In this document: piece by piece, positions 9,586 through 23,323 of the stretch
Layout of the letters: every line of letters begins with the position of its first letter
Position numbering within the stretch: the stretch's first letter is position 1
Assembly (NCBI GenBank): GCA_963779175.1
Contig: CAVZXA010000003.1
Span: 1,025,625 to 1,089,624 of the forward strand
From: an uncultured Acidobacteriota bacterium
GTDB taxonomy: Bacteria > Acidobacteriota > Vicinamibacteria > Vicinamibacterales > UBA2999
DNA length: 64,000 bases
Reading direction: 5' to 3'
Made by a program: the position numbers and the translations under genes
Notes under the pieces: generated by a model
Told to the model about the DNA's origin: nothing
The model's database searches: none
The model's input: the letters and a program-made list of their open reading frames with translations, nothing else

Positions 9586-9602
9586 CGGGCGGAGGTAGGC
9601 TA

Positions 9603-10973
9603 GTGTTCAAGAAGATTCTGGTTGCCAACCGCGGCGAAATCGCGCTGCGGATCATCTTCGCGTGCCGTGAGCTCGGCATCAAGACCGTGGCGGTCTACTC
9701 CGAAGCCGACGAGAACTCGCTGCACGTCCGCTTCGCCGATGAAGACATCTGCATCGGCGGCGCGCGCTCGAGCGAGAGCTACCTGAACGTGCCGGCGATC
9801 ATCAGCGCCGCCGAGATCACCGGCGCTGATGCCATCCACCCCGGCTACGGGTTCCTCTCCGAAAGCGCCTACCTCGCCGAGGTCTGCGAGGCCTGCCACA
9901 TCCGCTTCATCGGGCCCGACCCGCACGTCATCCGGCTGCTCGGCGACAAGTCGAAGGCCCGCCGCGCCATGAAGAAGGCCGGCTTGCCGATGCTGCCCGG
10001 CAGCGACGGTCCGGTCGAGAACGAAGACCGCGCGATCCAGATCGCGAAGGAGATCGGCTATCCGGTCATCGTCAAGGCGGTGGCCGGCGGCGGCGGCCGC
10101 GGGATGCGCATCGTGAAGACCCCGGCCGACCTGTCGCACGCGCTGCGGACCGCGCAGCGCGAGGCCGAGGCGGCCTTCGGCAACGGCGACGTCTACATCG
10201 AGCGCTACCTGGAATCGCCGCGTCACATCGAGTTCCAGATCCTCGGCGACCATCACGGGTCGATCATCCATCTCGGCGAGCGCGAGTGCTCGATTCAGCG
10301 CCGCCACCAGAAGCTGCTCGAAGAGTCGCCGTCGCCGGTCATCTCCGACAAGGTGCGCCGCAAGATGGGCGCCCTGGTGGCCGATGCGGCGCTGGCGGTG
10401 CAGTACACGAACGCCGGCACCTTCGAGTTCCTGATGGACGACAAGGGCCACTTCTACTTCATGGAAGTGAACACGCGCGTCCAGGTCGAGCATCCGGTGA
10501 CCGAGTTCGTAACCGGCCTGGACATCGTGAAGGAGCAGATCCGCATCGCCGCCGGCGAACGCCTGTCGGTGCGCCAGAGCGACGTGACCTTCACCGGACA
10601 CTCGCTCGAATGCCGGGTCAATGCCGAAGACCCGGAGACCTTCGTGCCGTCGCCCGGCGTCATTCACGCGTTCTCGATTCCCGGCGGTCCGGGTGTGCGC
10701 GTCGACACGGCGGCGCACTCCGAGTGCACCATCACGCCCTACTACGACTCGATGATTGCGAAGGTGATCGTGCACGGGCGCGACCGCGCTGAATCGATTG
10801 CGCGCATGAAACGCGTGCTCGGCATGACGGTCATCGAAGGCATCAAGACCAGCATTCCGCTGCACCTGAAGATCCTGAACGACCCCGACTTCGTCGCCGG
10901 GCGCATGAGCACCCACTTCATGGAGCGCTTCATGCCGCCGGCCCGGCCCTCCAGACTGGCGGAGTCCGCCTAG
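9603..10973 (+). CDS. accC: Acetyl-CoA carboxylase biotin carboxylase subunit
   Basis: [19 protein letters not shown]-grasp GGGGRGMR, and EMNTR-like [15 protein letters not shown]. Confidence 0.95.
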   Translation: MFKKILVANRGEIALRIIFACRELGIKTVAVYSEADENSLHVRFADEDICIGGARSSESYLNVPAIISAAEITGADAIHPGYGFLSESAYLAEVCEACHIRFIGPDPHVIRLLGDKSKARRAMKKAGLPMLPGSDGPVENEDRAIQIAKEIGYPVIVKAVAGGGGRGMRIVKTPADLSHALRTAQREAEAAFGNGDVYIERYLESPRHIEFQILGDHHGSIIHLGERECSIQRRHQKLLEESPSPVISDKVRRKMGALVADAALAVQYTNAGTFEFLMDDKGHFYFMEVNTRVQVEHPVTEFVTGLDIVKEQIRIAAGERLSVRQSDVTFTGHSLECRVNAEDPETFVPSPGVIHAFSIPGGPGVRVDTAAHSECTITPYYDSMIAKVIVHGRDRAESIARMKRVLGMTVIEGIKTSIPLHLKILNDPDFVAGRMSTHFMERFMPPARPSRLAESA

Positions 10974-10981
10974 CCCGCGGC

Positions 10982-11620
10982 ATGTCGCCGCTTTACGCGA
11001 TCGTGGACGTCGACGTGTGTCTGGCCGCCGGCCGGACGCCCGAGGCGGTGGCGGCCGCGTTGCTGCGTGGCGGCGCCAGGCTCCTGCAGATCCGCGCCAA
11101 GCAGCTCGGCGCCGGCGCCTTCCTCGACCTGGTGCTGCGGGTGGCGCCGATGGCCGCCGCGGCTGGTGCGACCCTCATCGTGAACGACCGCGTGGACGTA
11201 GCGCGTACGGCCGGTCTCGGCGTGCACCTCGGGCAGACGGACCTGCCGGTGGCGGACGCCCGGCGCCTGCTCGGGCCAGACGCCGTCATCGGCCGCTCGA
11301 CCCACACCCCGGCGGAACTCGAGGCCGCGCTCGCTGACGCGATCACCTACGTCGCCTACGGTCCGGTCTTCGCCACCGCCACCAAGGCCGATCCCGATCC
11401 GGTCGTGGGGCTCGACGGCATCCGCGCCGCGGCTGCCCGGGCCGCCGCCGCCGGGCGGCCGCTGGTCGCCATCGGCGGCATCACCCTCGAGACCGCCCGG
11501 GCGGTGACCACGGCCGGAGCCACCGCCGTGGCCGTCATCAGCGACCTGGTGCGCGGCCCCGACGATCCGGAGGCCCGCTGCCGCCGGTTTCTCTCGGCGC
11601 TCGGGGACGACCCTGTATAA
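10982..11620 (+). CDS. thiE: Thiamine-phosphate synthase
   Basis: LLQIRAK, IVNDRVDVA, GVHLGQTDLP, YGPVFATATK, AIGGI. Confidence 0.85.
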   Translation: MSPLYAIVDVDVCLAAGRTPEAVAAALLRGGARLLQIRAKQLGAGAFLDLVLRVAPMAAAAGATLIVNDRVDVARTAGLGVHLGQTDLPVADARRLLGPDAVIGRSTHTPAELEAALADAITYVAYGPVFATATKADPDPVVGLDGIRAAAARAAAAGRPLVAIGGITLETARAVTTAGATAVAVISDLVRGPDDPEARCRRFLSALGDDPV

Positions 11621-11621
11621 T
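11616..11621 (+). promoter_or_regulatory. Candidate -10 box (perfect TATAAT) overlapping the thiE TAA stop
   Basis: TGTATAATT lies 63 nt upstream of the permease ATG. No good -35 is seen. Confidence 0.3.
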
Positions 11622-11683
11622 TCCCCGGACTTTGGGCTCGATCCGGTGCCAGCGCCGGGGTCGGCAGCTCATATGGAGGCGGA

Positions 11684-13374
11684 ATGGATTCGAACCTGCT
11701 CAAGACGAAGTCGATCGAGCAACTCGTCGGTGACGTCGAGCATGGCAGCAAAGCCCTGCGGCGCAGCCTGACCGCGTGGGACCTGACGCTGCTCGGCATC
11801 GGCGCGATCATCGGCACCGGCATCTTCGTCCTGACCGGAACCGCGGCCGCCAACCAGGCGGGCCCCGCCATCATGATGTCGTATCTGGTCGCCGGCCTCG
11901 CCTGCGGCTTCGCGGCGCTGTGCTACGCCGAGTTCGCGTCGATGATTCCGATCGCCGGCAGCGCCTACACCTACGCCTACGCGACGATGGGTGAGCTCTT
12001 CGCCTGGATCATCGGCTGGGACCTGATCCTCGAGTACGCCGTCGGCTCGATGACCGTCGCCATCGGCTGGAGCGGCTACATGCAGCAGCTGCTGTCCGGC
12101 GTCGGCATCACGCTGCCGACTGTGGATGTCGGCGGCGCCGAGCGCCAACTCTCCCGGCGCGATCATCAACCTGCCGGCCGTCATCATCGTGCTCTGCATC
12201 ATGTACCTGCTGGTCGTCGGCATCCGCGAGAGCGCGCGCTTCAACGCCATCATGGTCGGCGTCAAGCTGGCGGCGGTGCTGTTCTTCATCGGCGCCGGCG
12301 CCGTCTACGTGAAGCCCGAGAACTGGGATCCGTTCACGCCCTACGGCTGGTCGGGCGTGATGGGCGCCGCCGGCGTGGTCTTCTTCGCCTACATCGGCTT
12401 CGACGCCGTGTCCACGACCGCGGAAGAAGCGAAGAACCCGCAGCGCGACCTGCCGATCGGCATCATCGCCTCGCTGGTCGTCTGCACGATCCTCTATCTG
12501 GCCGTGGCCGCCGTGCTCACCGGCATCGTGCCGGTGGTCGACTACAAGGCCGACCAGGCAGTTCCTCAACGCCCCGGTGGCCTTCGCGCTCAGCCTCATC
12601 GGGCAGGACTGGGCCGCCTACCTGGTCTCCGCCGGCGCCGTCGCCGGCATCACGTCGGTGCTGCTCGTGATGCTCATGAGCCAGCCGCGCATCTTCTTCG
12701 CGATGAGCCGCGACGGCCTGCTGCCGCAGGGCATCAGCAAGGTCCATCCGCGCTACGGCACCCCCTACATCACCACCATCATCACCTGCGTCGTCGTCGC
12801 CATCGTCGCCGGCCTGACCCAGATTCAGACGGTCGGCGAGATGACCTCGATCGGCACGCTGTTCGCGTTCGCCATCGTCTGCGGCGCGGTGCTGATCCTG
12901 CGCGTCACGCGTCCTGAAGTGCATCGCCCGTTCCGGGTGCCGTTCGGCCCGGTCTTCCCGGTGCTTGGCATCGTCTTCTGCGTCTACCTGATGCTGAACC
13001 TGCCGATTCTCACCTGGGTGCGGTTCCTGGTGTGGCTGGATCTGGGAATGATCATCTACTGGTTCTACGGCCGCACCCACAGCCCGCTCGTCAACAAGGC
13101 GGAGGCCGGGCGCCGCACGTCGTTCCAGGGCCTCTCGAACTTCGTCTATGTCGCCGGCATTCTCGCCGTCTTCAACTTCGGCTGCGTGACCGCCCTCGCC
13201 TACATGACCGAGTTCGGGATCACGACCGAGACCATCGCCAAGTGGCACGAGATTGGCGTCACGCCGGAAGCGGCGGATGCGTTCGCGCTGCGCTGGCTGG
13301 CCGTGTCGGTGGGCGTCTTCATCGCCGGCGTCGTCATGCGCAAGACCAGCGGCGCCGACGGCGTGGCCGCCTGA
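11684..13374 (+). pseudogene. APC-superfamily amino acid permease (YfnA/cationic amino acid transporter-like), frame broken twice
   Basis: Three consecutive ORFs in frames 2, 0 and 1 read as one transporter: ...GWSGYMQQLLSGVGITLPTV | MSAAPSANSPGAIINLPAV...VVDYKADQ | QFLNAPVAFALSLIGQDW.... The junctions lie near 12124 and 12558. Both are +1 shifts. Confidence 0.8.
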
Positions 13375-13432
13375 CACCGGGCGCGTCGCGCCGGTCACAC
13401 GGGGGGCAACGGTGGTGAAGGGGCGCCCGCGG

Positions 13433-14461
13433 ATGCCGTTGTCCTGGGCCCGCGGGCCCGGGCTGGGCGTGGTGCTCTTCGCGGGCGTCTGCGTCGTCGG
13501 GACCCTCGGCTATGCTGGCATCGAAGGCTGGAGCCTGTGGGACTCCGCCTTCATGACCATCATCACGGTCAGCACCGTGGGCTACGGCTACGTGCATCCG
13601 CTCAGCCGGGCCGGAGAAGCGTGGACGGCGCTCGTGCTCCTCACCGGGGTGGCGACGCTCTACTACACGGCCTTCGTGCTGATGGCGCTGGTCGTCGATG
13701 GCGGGCTGCACCGGACGTTCGAACAGCGGCGCTTCACACGTATGCTCGACCAACTGACCAATCACTTCATCATCTGCGGCTACGGCCGGATCGGCAGCAC
13801 CATCGCCGAGGAGTTCCGCCGTCAGCGGGTGCCGCACGTCGTCATCGAGCGTGACGCCGAGAAGGTGCGGGCCATCAACGCCGCCGGCGGCATCGCCGTC
13901 GAGGCGGACGCGAGTCGAGAGGATGTGCTGCAACGGGTCGGGCTGCAGCGGGCCCGCGGTCTCATCGCCGCGGTCTCGACCGATGCCGAGAACGTCTACG
14001 CGGTGCTCACCGCCCGGGTGCTGCGGCCCGATATCTTCATCATCGCCCGGGTCGAGTCCGACGATGCCGAGTCGAAGCTCAAGCGGGCCGGCGCCGATCG
14101 CGTGATCTCCCCCTATACGCTGGGCGCCATCCAGATGGCGCACACGGCGCTGCGGCCGGCGGTCGTGGATTTCATGCGCCTCGCCACCAGTTCCGAACAT
14201 CTGGACCTCTCCGCCGAGCAGATCGAACTGGCGCCCGGCGGCCCCCTCATCGGACAGTCGATTCGCGAGGCCGAACTGCGGCAGCGCTTCGGCGTGATCG
14301 TCGTGGCGATTCGCCGCGCACAAGGACACATGGAGTTCAACCCGTCCCCCGACGCCCGCATGCTGGCAGGCGACCAGCTGGTGCTGCTCGGCAGCGCCGA
14401 GAAGCTGCGACAGCTCGACGCCGTGGCGCGTCCGGCGGCCGGCTCCGGAACCCCGGCATGA
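13433..14461 (+). CDS. Potassium channel with RCK (TrkA-N/TrkA-C) domains
   Basis: Selectivity filter TVSTVGYGY between two TMs, a Rossmann motif ICGYGRIGS, and a C-terminal TrkA-C-like domain. ATG 13433 was chosen as start; GTG 13412 is possible. Confidence 0.8.
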   Translation: MPLSWARGPGLGVVLFAGVCVVGTLGYAGIEGWSLWDSAFMTIITVSTVGYGYVHPLSRAGEAWTALVLLTGVATLYYTAFVLMALVVDGGLHRTFEQRRFTRMLDQLTNHFIICGYGRIGSTIAEEFRRQRVPHVVIERDAEKVRAINAAGGIAVEADASREDVLQRVGLQRARGLIAAVSTDAENVYAVLTARVLRPDIFIIARVESDDAESKLKRAGADRVISPYTLGAIQMAHTALRPAVVDFMRLATSSEHLDLSAEQIELAPGGPLIGQSIREAELRQRFGVIVVAIRRAQGHMEFNPSPDARMLAGDQLVLLGSAEKLRQLDAVARPAAGSGTPA

Positions 14462-15399
14462 GCGCCCGCGTGCTCGATGGCGTCGCCACCGCCACCGCCA
14501 TCCGTGCCGGGCTCGCCGGCCGCATCGCCAGATTCACCGCCGCCCGCGGCCGTCCCCCGGGACTGGGCATCGTCCTGGCGGGCGACGACCCGGCGTCGCA
14601 GATCTATGTCAGGAACAAACTGCGCACGGCGGCCGAGGCCGGCTGTCGCGCCGAGCTCTTCCGCCTGTCGGCCGACGCACCGCTCGCCGACGCGCTGGCG
14701 GCGGTGGCGCGGCTCAACGGCGACGACACCTTCGACGGCATCCTCGTGCAGTCGCCGCTGCCGAAGGGCATGGGACGCGACGCCGAACAGCGGGTGTTCG
14801 ACGCGATTTCGCCGGCCAAAGACGTCGACGGCTTCCATGCGCAGAACGTCGGGCTGCTGGTGCAGAAGCGCGCGCAGCTGGTGGCCTGCACGCCCTCCGG
14901 CGTCATGCAGCTGCTGGCGCGTGAGGGCATCGCGCTGGCCGGCAAGCGGGCGGTGGTCATCGGCCGCAGCGACATCGTCGGCAAACCGATGGCGCTGCTG
15001 CTGCTGCATCAGGACGCGACGGTCACCATCTGCCACTCGCGCACGCCCGATGTGGCGCGTCTGGCCAGCGAGGCCGACATCCTGGTCGCCGCCGTCGGCC
15101 GGGCGGCCTACGTGACGCCGGCCTACGTGAAGCCCGGCGCGACCGTCATCGACGTCGGCATCAACCGGGTCACCGATGCGGCGCTGGTCGCGTCGTGGTA
15201 CCCCGAAGGCCACGCCCGTCTTGCGCAGTTTGCGACGAAGGGCAGCCTCGTCGTCGGCGACGTGCATCCCGACGTGTGGGAGGTGGCCGGCGCGGTGACG
15301 CCGGTGCCAGGCGGCGTGGGCCCGCTCACGATCGCGATGTTGCTCGCCAATACCGTCACGGCGGCGGAAGCGCGCGCGGGACTCCCGCCGGGCGAGTGA
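14458..15399 (+). CDS. folD: Bifunctional methylenetetrahydrofolate dehydrogenase/cyclohydrolase
   Basis: DPASQIYVRNK, LVQSPLP, VIGRSDIVGKPMALLL, PVPGGVGPLTIAML. Overlaps the upstream stop (ATGA). Confidence 0.9.
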   Translation: MSARVLDGVATATAIRAGLAGRIARFTAARGRPPGLGIVLAGDDPASQIYVRNKLRTAAEAGCRAELFRLSADAPLADALAAVARLNGDDTFDGILVQSPLPKGMGRDAEQRVFDAISPAKDVDGFHAQNVGLLVQKRAQLVACTPSGVMQLLAREGIALAGKRAVVIGRSDIVGKPMALLLLHQDATVTICHSRTPDVARLASEADILVAAVGRAAYVTPAYVKPGATVIDVGINRVTDAALVASWYPEGHARLAQFATKGSLVVGDVHPDVWEVAGAVTPVPGGVGPLTIAMLLANTVTAAEARAGLPPGE

Positions 15400-15406
15400 T
15401 GGGCAC

Positions 15407-16006
15407 GTGCGCGTCGCGCTGACGGGCGGCATCGCGACGGGGAAGAGCGTGGTCGGGGGCGCGCTGCGACAGGCGGGGCTGGCCACCGTCGACGCCGATC
15501 AGATCGCCCGCGACGTCGTCGCCGCGGGGACGCCGGGTCTCGCGGAGGTCGTGGCGCGCTTCGGGGGCGGCGTCCGGCGCCAGGATGGCACGCTCGATCG
15601 GGCCGCGCTCGGCGCCCTGGTGTTCGGCGATCCGCTCGCCCGCGCCGATCTCGAACGCCTGCTGCATCCGCGGGTGCGATCCGGCGTCGAGGCGTTCTTC
15701 GCGGCGCTGGCGCCCGGTGTGCCTGGCGTGGCGGAGATTCCGCTCGCCTACGAGACCGGCTGGGCGTGGACGTTTCAGGTGGTCGTGGTCGTCGCCTGCC
15801 GGCCGGAGACGCAGCGGGCGCGGCTGATGACGCGCGACGGGTTCTCGGCCGGCGACGCCGAGCGCCGCCTCGCGGCGCAGTGGCCGATCGGCGACAAGGT
15901 GCGCCTGGCCGACGCCGTGGTCATGACCGACGGCGACATGGCATCGACGCTGCGCCAGGCGACTCAGCTGGCGTCGTGGCTCAGAGATCGTTGCCGTCTT
16001 TCGTGA
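15407..16006 (+). CDS. coaE: Dephospho-CoA kinase
   Basis: P-loop LTGGIATGKS plus the typical length and layout. GTG start. Confidence 0.85.
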   Translation: MRVALTGGIATGKSVVGGALRQAGLATVDADQIARDVVAAGTPGLAEVVARFGGGVRRQDGTLDRAALGALVFGDPLARADLERLLHPRVRSGVEAFFAALAPGVPGVAEIPLAYETGWAWTFQVVVVVACRPETQRARLMTRDGFSAGDAERRLAAQWPIGDKVRLADAVVMTDGDMASTLRQATQLASWLRDRCRLS

Positions 16007-17201
16007 CCGGCGCGATCCGCTCCTCCACGAAGGTGTTCCACTCGTGGCAGTGCGGGCACTGCCAGAGCAGTTCGGTGCTGCGGTAGTGACAGCGCAGGCA
16101 CACGTGGGGGTCGAGGTAGAAGACCGCCGCCTTGGCGTGCGTCACGTAGCGCTCGACGGCGGTCCGCTCGAGACGGTTGCGCAGCAGCAGGTCCCAGATC
16201 GCTTCGTGCACGGTGAGCCCGTGCGGGTTGTGGCTGAGGGCCTCGAGGAACTGGTCGAGGGCCGCCGGCGGCTGGCCGGCATCCACCAGCGCGTGCCCCA
16301 GGGCCAGACGAGCGCGCCAGTTGTGCGGATGGGCCGCGGCCACGCGGCGGCACAGCTCCAGGAAGCGGTCGGGCTGCCCGGCGGCGGCGTAGGCTGCGCG
16401 CAGGCGGTCGAGCACCAGATGTGAGCGATCGGGCGCCTCGTCGACCACCCCTTCCCACACCCGCACGGCCTCGGCCACCTGGCCGTCGCGGGCCATCACG
16501 TCGCCCAGATTCACCGACGCGGGCGTGACGGTGGCGTCGAGGTCGAGCGCCGCGGTAAAGCGTGCCCGGGCCACCGCCAGGTCGCCGGTCTTGAGGGCGG
16601 CGAGCCCGCGCTCGTTCTCGAGGAAGGCGAGGATGGTCTGGCTGCGCGCCGGTGATTCCGGGCCGGCCATCGCCAGCAACTCCTGCCGTACCTTGGCGGC
16701 CTCCTCCCACTGGCGCTGTTCCTCGTAGACCTTCTCGAGGTGCAGCAGCGCGTACGCGTTCGAGGCGTCGAGCCGGCGCGCTTCCTTGAAGGCCTCGACC
16801 GCGCGGTCGACGAAGCCGCCGCGTTTGTAGTCGAGCCCCAGGCACAGCATCACGTAGGCGTGTTCGAGCCGCGTCAGCTTCTGACGCTGCAGCAGCGACT
16901 GATGCACCTGGATGGCGCGCGACACCTGACCACGCTCGCGATAGACGTTGCCGAGGATGAGATGAATCTCGAGCGCGTCGGCATCGACGCGGGCGGCCTG
17001 GCTCAGTTCCTCGATCGCCAGATCGATCTGATTGGCGACCAGGTAGTTGAGGCCGAGCACGTAGTGGTGTGAATCGCGGGCCTTGCGGCGGTCGATCCAG
17101 CGGCCGTCGCGCAGCTTGTAGCGCTCCCAGGCCTTGCCGATGGCGACGCCGGCCAGCAGGGCGAGCAGTGCCGAGATGAAGGGGAGGTAGTCGGCCAGCA
17201 C
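15981..17201 (-). CDS. lapB: Lipopolysaccharide assembly protein LapB (YciM)
   Basis: N-terminal TM, multiple TPRs, and a C-terminal rubredoxin-like CLRCHYRSTELLWQCPHCHEWNTF. Lies next to the kds genes. Confidence 0.8.
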   Translation of the reverse strand: MLADYLPFISALLALLAGVAIGKAWERYKLRDGRWIDRRKARDSHHYVLGLNYLVANQIDLAIEELSQAARVDADALEIHLILGNVYRERGQVSRAIQVHQSLLQRQKLTRLEHAYVMLCLGLDYKRGGFVDRAVEAFKEARRLDASNAYALLHLEKVYEEQRQWEEAAKVRQELLAMAGPESPARSQTILAFLENERGLAALKTGDLAVARARFTAALDLDATVTPASVNLGDVMARDGQVAEAVRVWEGVVDEAPDRSHLVLDRLRAAYAAAGQPDRFLELCRRVAAAHPHNWRARLALGHALVDAGQPPAALDQFLEALSHNPHGLTVHEAIWDLLLRNRLERTAVERYVTHAKAAVFYLDPHVCLRCHYRSTELLWQCPHCHEWNTFVEERIAPVTKDGNDL

Positions 17202-17207
17202 GGCTCG

Positions 17208-18159
17208 TTACACCAGTCCCGTGCGCCAGAGATCGTGCAGGTGCACGATGCCCACGGCACGGCCGCCGTCATCGACGACCACTACGGCCGTGATCTTGCG
17301 CTCCTCGAGCAGATGCAGCGCTTCGGCCGCCAGCGTGTGCGGGGCCACGGTGACGGGGGTGCGGCTCATGACATCGCTGGCGTGCAGTGACAGCACGTCG
17401 GCGCTGCTCGCCAGGGCGCGGCGAACGTCGCCGTCGGTCACCACGCCGGCCAGGCCGCCCTCGGCGGTCAGCACGCAGGTGATGCCCATCCGTCCGCGCG
17501 TGATCTCGGCGACCACCTCGCGCATCGGCGTCGCCGGCGGCACCGCCGGGAAGTCGGCGGCCGTGCGCATCATGCCGTCCACACGCCGGGCCCGGCGGAA
17601 GAGCGTGCCGCGCGGATGGAGGTCCGCGAAGTCGTCGGGGCTGAAGCCCTTCTCGACCAGCACCGACATCGCCAGCGCGTCGCCGAGGGCGAGCGCCGCG
17701 GTCGTGCTCGCCGTGGGCACGAGGTTCATCGGACAGGCCTCTTCCGAGACGCTGCAGTCGAGCACGACGGTGGCGGCCCGGGCCAGCGTCGAGGCCGGGT
17801 CGCCGGTCATGGCGATCAAGGTGGCGCCGAGGCGCTTGAGCGTCTCGAGCAGCCGCGTCAGCTCCTCGGTTTCGCCGCTGTGCGAGAGCGCGATGACCAC
17901 GTCATCCCGCTGGATCATGCCGAGATCGCCATGCACCGCTTCTGCCGGATGGACGAAGAAGGCGGGGGAGCCGGTGCTCGAGAGCGTCGCGGCGATCTTG
18001 CGGCAGACGATCCCCGACTTGCCCATGCCGGTCAGGATGATGCGGCCACGGCAATCGCGCACCAGGGCGACGGCCGCCGTGAAGCGGTCGTCGAGACGGT
18101 CGGCGAGCGCCCGGACGGCGTCGGCCTCGGTGTGCAGGACCTTGCGGGCGAGGGACAGA

Positions 18160-18167
<8 letters not shown>
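17208..18167 (-). CDS. kdsD: KpsF/GutQ-family arabinose-5-phosphate isomerase
   Basis: SIS domain ([19 protein letters not shown]) plus tandem CBS domains. Operon context with kdsA. Confidence 0.8.
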
Positions 18168-21408
<3,241 letters not shown>

Positions 21409-21488
21409 GGCGAATAATACCACAGTGCACACGATGGCACGCCGTGGTGATGGCTGGCGCGGGCCGACCGATACTATGCTGCAGAGCG

Positions 21489-22031
21489 ATGCGCACGGAC
21501 TCACATCGGCTCACCGGCACTCTCGTGGCGCTCGCCTTTCTCGGCGGGTGGTTCTCGGCGTCGTGGCTCAGCCCGCCGACGGCCGTCACGCAGGTGCGCC
21601 CGGCCCGCCCGGTCACCGCGCCTCCGGACGTGCCGATGCCGCACATCACCCTGGACGAGGTGACGGCGCCCACCACGACGCCGGCGACATCCCGCAACCC
21701 GTTCGTCTTTGCTGGTGGCCGCGACGAGATGCGCACGGTGACGCGACGCGCGCCGTCCGCCGCCGGCGGCGATGCGGCTGCCGACCCCGGCGGCCTCTCC
21801 GTCGCCCCGGTGCAGGCAGTCGCCGCGCCCGCCGCACCAGTGTGGCGGGTGTTCGGCATCGCGCAGGGCGCTGACGGTCACTACACGGCGGTCGTGAGCG
21901 GCGGCGGTGACGTGTTCCTGCTGGGGATGGGCGACCGCCTGCCCGACGGCGCCGTAGTCGTCGAGGTCGATGCGACCGGCGTCGTCGTGGCCGACGCCTC
22001 CGGCGCCCGTCTCACCCTGCGCCTCCCGTAG
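21489..22031 (+). CDS. Hypothetical membrane-anchored protein with a PilP/GspC-like C-terminal beta domain
   Basis: TM LTGTLVALAFLGGWF, an RNPF motif, and YTAVVSGGGDVFLLGMGDRLPDGAVVVEV. This resembles the pilP product in this same window (RDPF ... YVAMVSGPTKQTYSVRAGAKLLDGTV). Confidence 0.45.
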   Translation: MRTDSHRLTGTLVALAFLGGWFSASWLSPPTAVTQVRPARPVTAPPDVPMPHITLDEVTAPTTTPATSRNPFVFAGGRDEMRTVTRRAPSAAGGDAAADPGGLSVAPVQAVAAPAAPVWRVFGIAQGADGHYTAVVSGGGDVFLLGMGDRLPDGAVVVEVDATGVVVADASGARLTLRLP

Positions 22032-22118
22032 CCATCCGCCGTTGCTCTTGTGCGTCCGCACCTTGACGCGGGCAATTACCCAACCTGGTGAGGCCGGCGC
22101 GTGTTCGGACGGCCACGA

Positions 22119-22124
22119 TATAAT
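22119..22124 (+). promoter_or_regulatory. Candidate -10 box (perfect TATAAT) in the mdh upstream region
   Basis: GATATAATG lies within a 330-bp non-coding gap. No consensus -35 is present. Confidence 0.3.
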
Positions 22125-22251
22125 GCGACGCTTGTGCGCGGCGACCAGCCCGCGCATGGGAGAGCAGGTCGGCGGCACCGGCGCGCACCACACGTGGTGC
22201 AAAGTGGTGTTTTGTTCGACTAGACGCGGGATTGAGGCCGGTGTACGGGGC

Positions 22252-22273
22252 CTTTTCCACAAGCTTTTCCACA
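22252..22273 (+). repeat. Tandem direct repeat CTTTTCCACA x2 (12-bp period) upstream of mdh
   Basis: CTTTTCCACAAGCTTTTCCACA, unusually AT-rich, about 90-110 nt before the mdh ATG. Confidence 0.5.
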
Positions 22274-22281
22274 GAAGGTGT

Positions 22282-22296
22282 TGATCGTTCGGATCA
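22282..22296. promoter_or_regulatory. Palindrome TGATC-N5-GATCA (operator-like)
   Basis: Perfect 5-bp inverted repeat read directly from the sequence. Function unknown. Confidence 0.3.
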
Positions 22297-22362
22297 TGCG
22301 CAGCGGGGGCCTGACCTAATGACAGGCGCCGCGGCGGATTCGCGGAGTGCAGGAGCGCAGCA

Positions 22363-23316
22363 ATGAATCGAAAAGTGACCGTGGTGGGTGGTGCCGGCAA
22401 CGTGGGTGCCACCGTGGCGCGCGCCGTCGCGCACAAGGAACTGGCGGACGTCGTCATCATCGACATCGCCGAGACGAAGGCGGCGGGCATCGCGCTCGAC
22501 ATCTATCAGTCGTGCCCGGTGGCCGGGTCGTCGGCGAAGGTGGTCGGCTACGGCGCCACCGACGAAGGCTTCGCGCACAGCGCGAATTCCGATGTGGTCG
22601 TCATCACGTCAGGCGTGCCGCGCAAGCCCGGCATGAGCCGCGACGACCTGCTGGCCGTCAACCACGACATCATGAAGTCGGTCACGGCGCAGATCGTCAA
22701 GCACTCGCCCAACACCATCATCGTGCCGGTCGCCAATCCCCTCGACGCGATGTCGCAGGCGGTCTACCGCCTGAGCGGCTTCCCGCGCGAGCGCGTCATC
22801 GGCATGGCCGGCGTGCTCGACTCGGCCCGCATGCGCACCTTCGTCGCCATGGAACTCGGCGTCTCGGTGTCGGACGTGAACTGCTTCGTGCTCGGCGGCC
22901 ACGGCGACACCATGGTGCCGCTGCCGCGCCTCTCCACAGTGGCCGGTATCCCGTTGACCGAACTGGTCGCGATGGGCAAGCTCTCCCAGGAGCGCCTCGA
23001 CGCCATCTGCACCCGCACCGCCAACGGCGGCGCCGAAATCACCAAGCTGGTCGGCACCAGCGCGTGGTACGCGCCCGGCGAGTCGGCGGCGGCGATGGTC
23101 GAATCGATCCTCAAGGACCAGAAGCGGATCATGCCGTGCTCGGTGTTCCTGCAGGGCGAATACGGCGTCCACGACCTGTTCGTCGGCGTGCCGGTGAAGC
23201 TCGGCGCCGGCGGCGTCGAGGAAATCATCCAGATCAACCTGACCGAGTCCGAGAACGCCGCCCTGCAGAAGTCGGCGGGCGCCGTCAAGGAACTGGTCGA
23301 CGTCATCAAGGTCTGA
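22363..23316 (+). CDS. mdh: Malate dehydrogenase (LDH-like family)
   Basis: [30 protein letters not shown], and GGHGDTMVP. Confidence 0.9.
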   Translation: MNRKVTVVGGAGNVGATVARAVAHKELADVVIIDIAETKAAGIALDIYQSCPVAGSSAKVVGYGATDEGFAHSANSDVVVITSGVPRKPGMSRDDLLAVNHDIMKSVTAQIVKHSPNTIIVPVANPLDAMSQAVYRLSGFPRERVIGMAGVLDSARMRTFVAMELGVSVSDVNCFVLGGHGDTMVPLPRLSTVAGIPLTELVAMGKLSQERLDAICTRTANGGAEITKLVGTSAWYAPGESAAAMVESILKDQKRIMPCSVFLQGEYGVHDLFVGVPVKLGAGGVEEIIQINLTESENAALQKSAGAVKELVDVIKV

Positions 23317-23323
23317 GGGTTAC

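Noticed and set aside
10974-10981. A TPP riboswitch before thiE, an M-box before mgtE or corA, or SAM/other riboswitches before the PLP enzyme gene.
   Set aside because: The upstream gaps are 8 nt (thiE), 46 nt (mgtE) or overlapping (corA, PLP enzyme). These are far too short for such elements.
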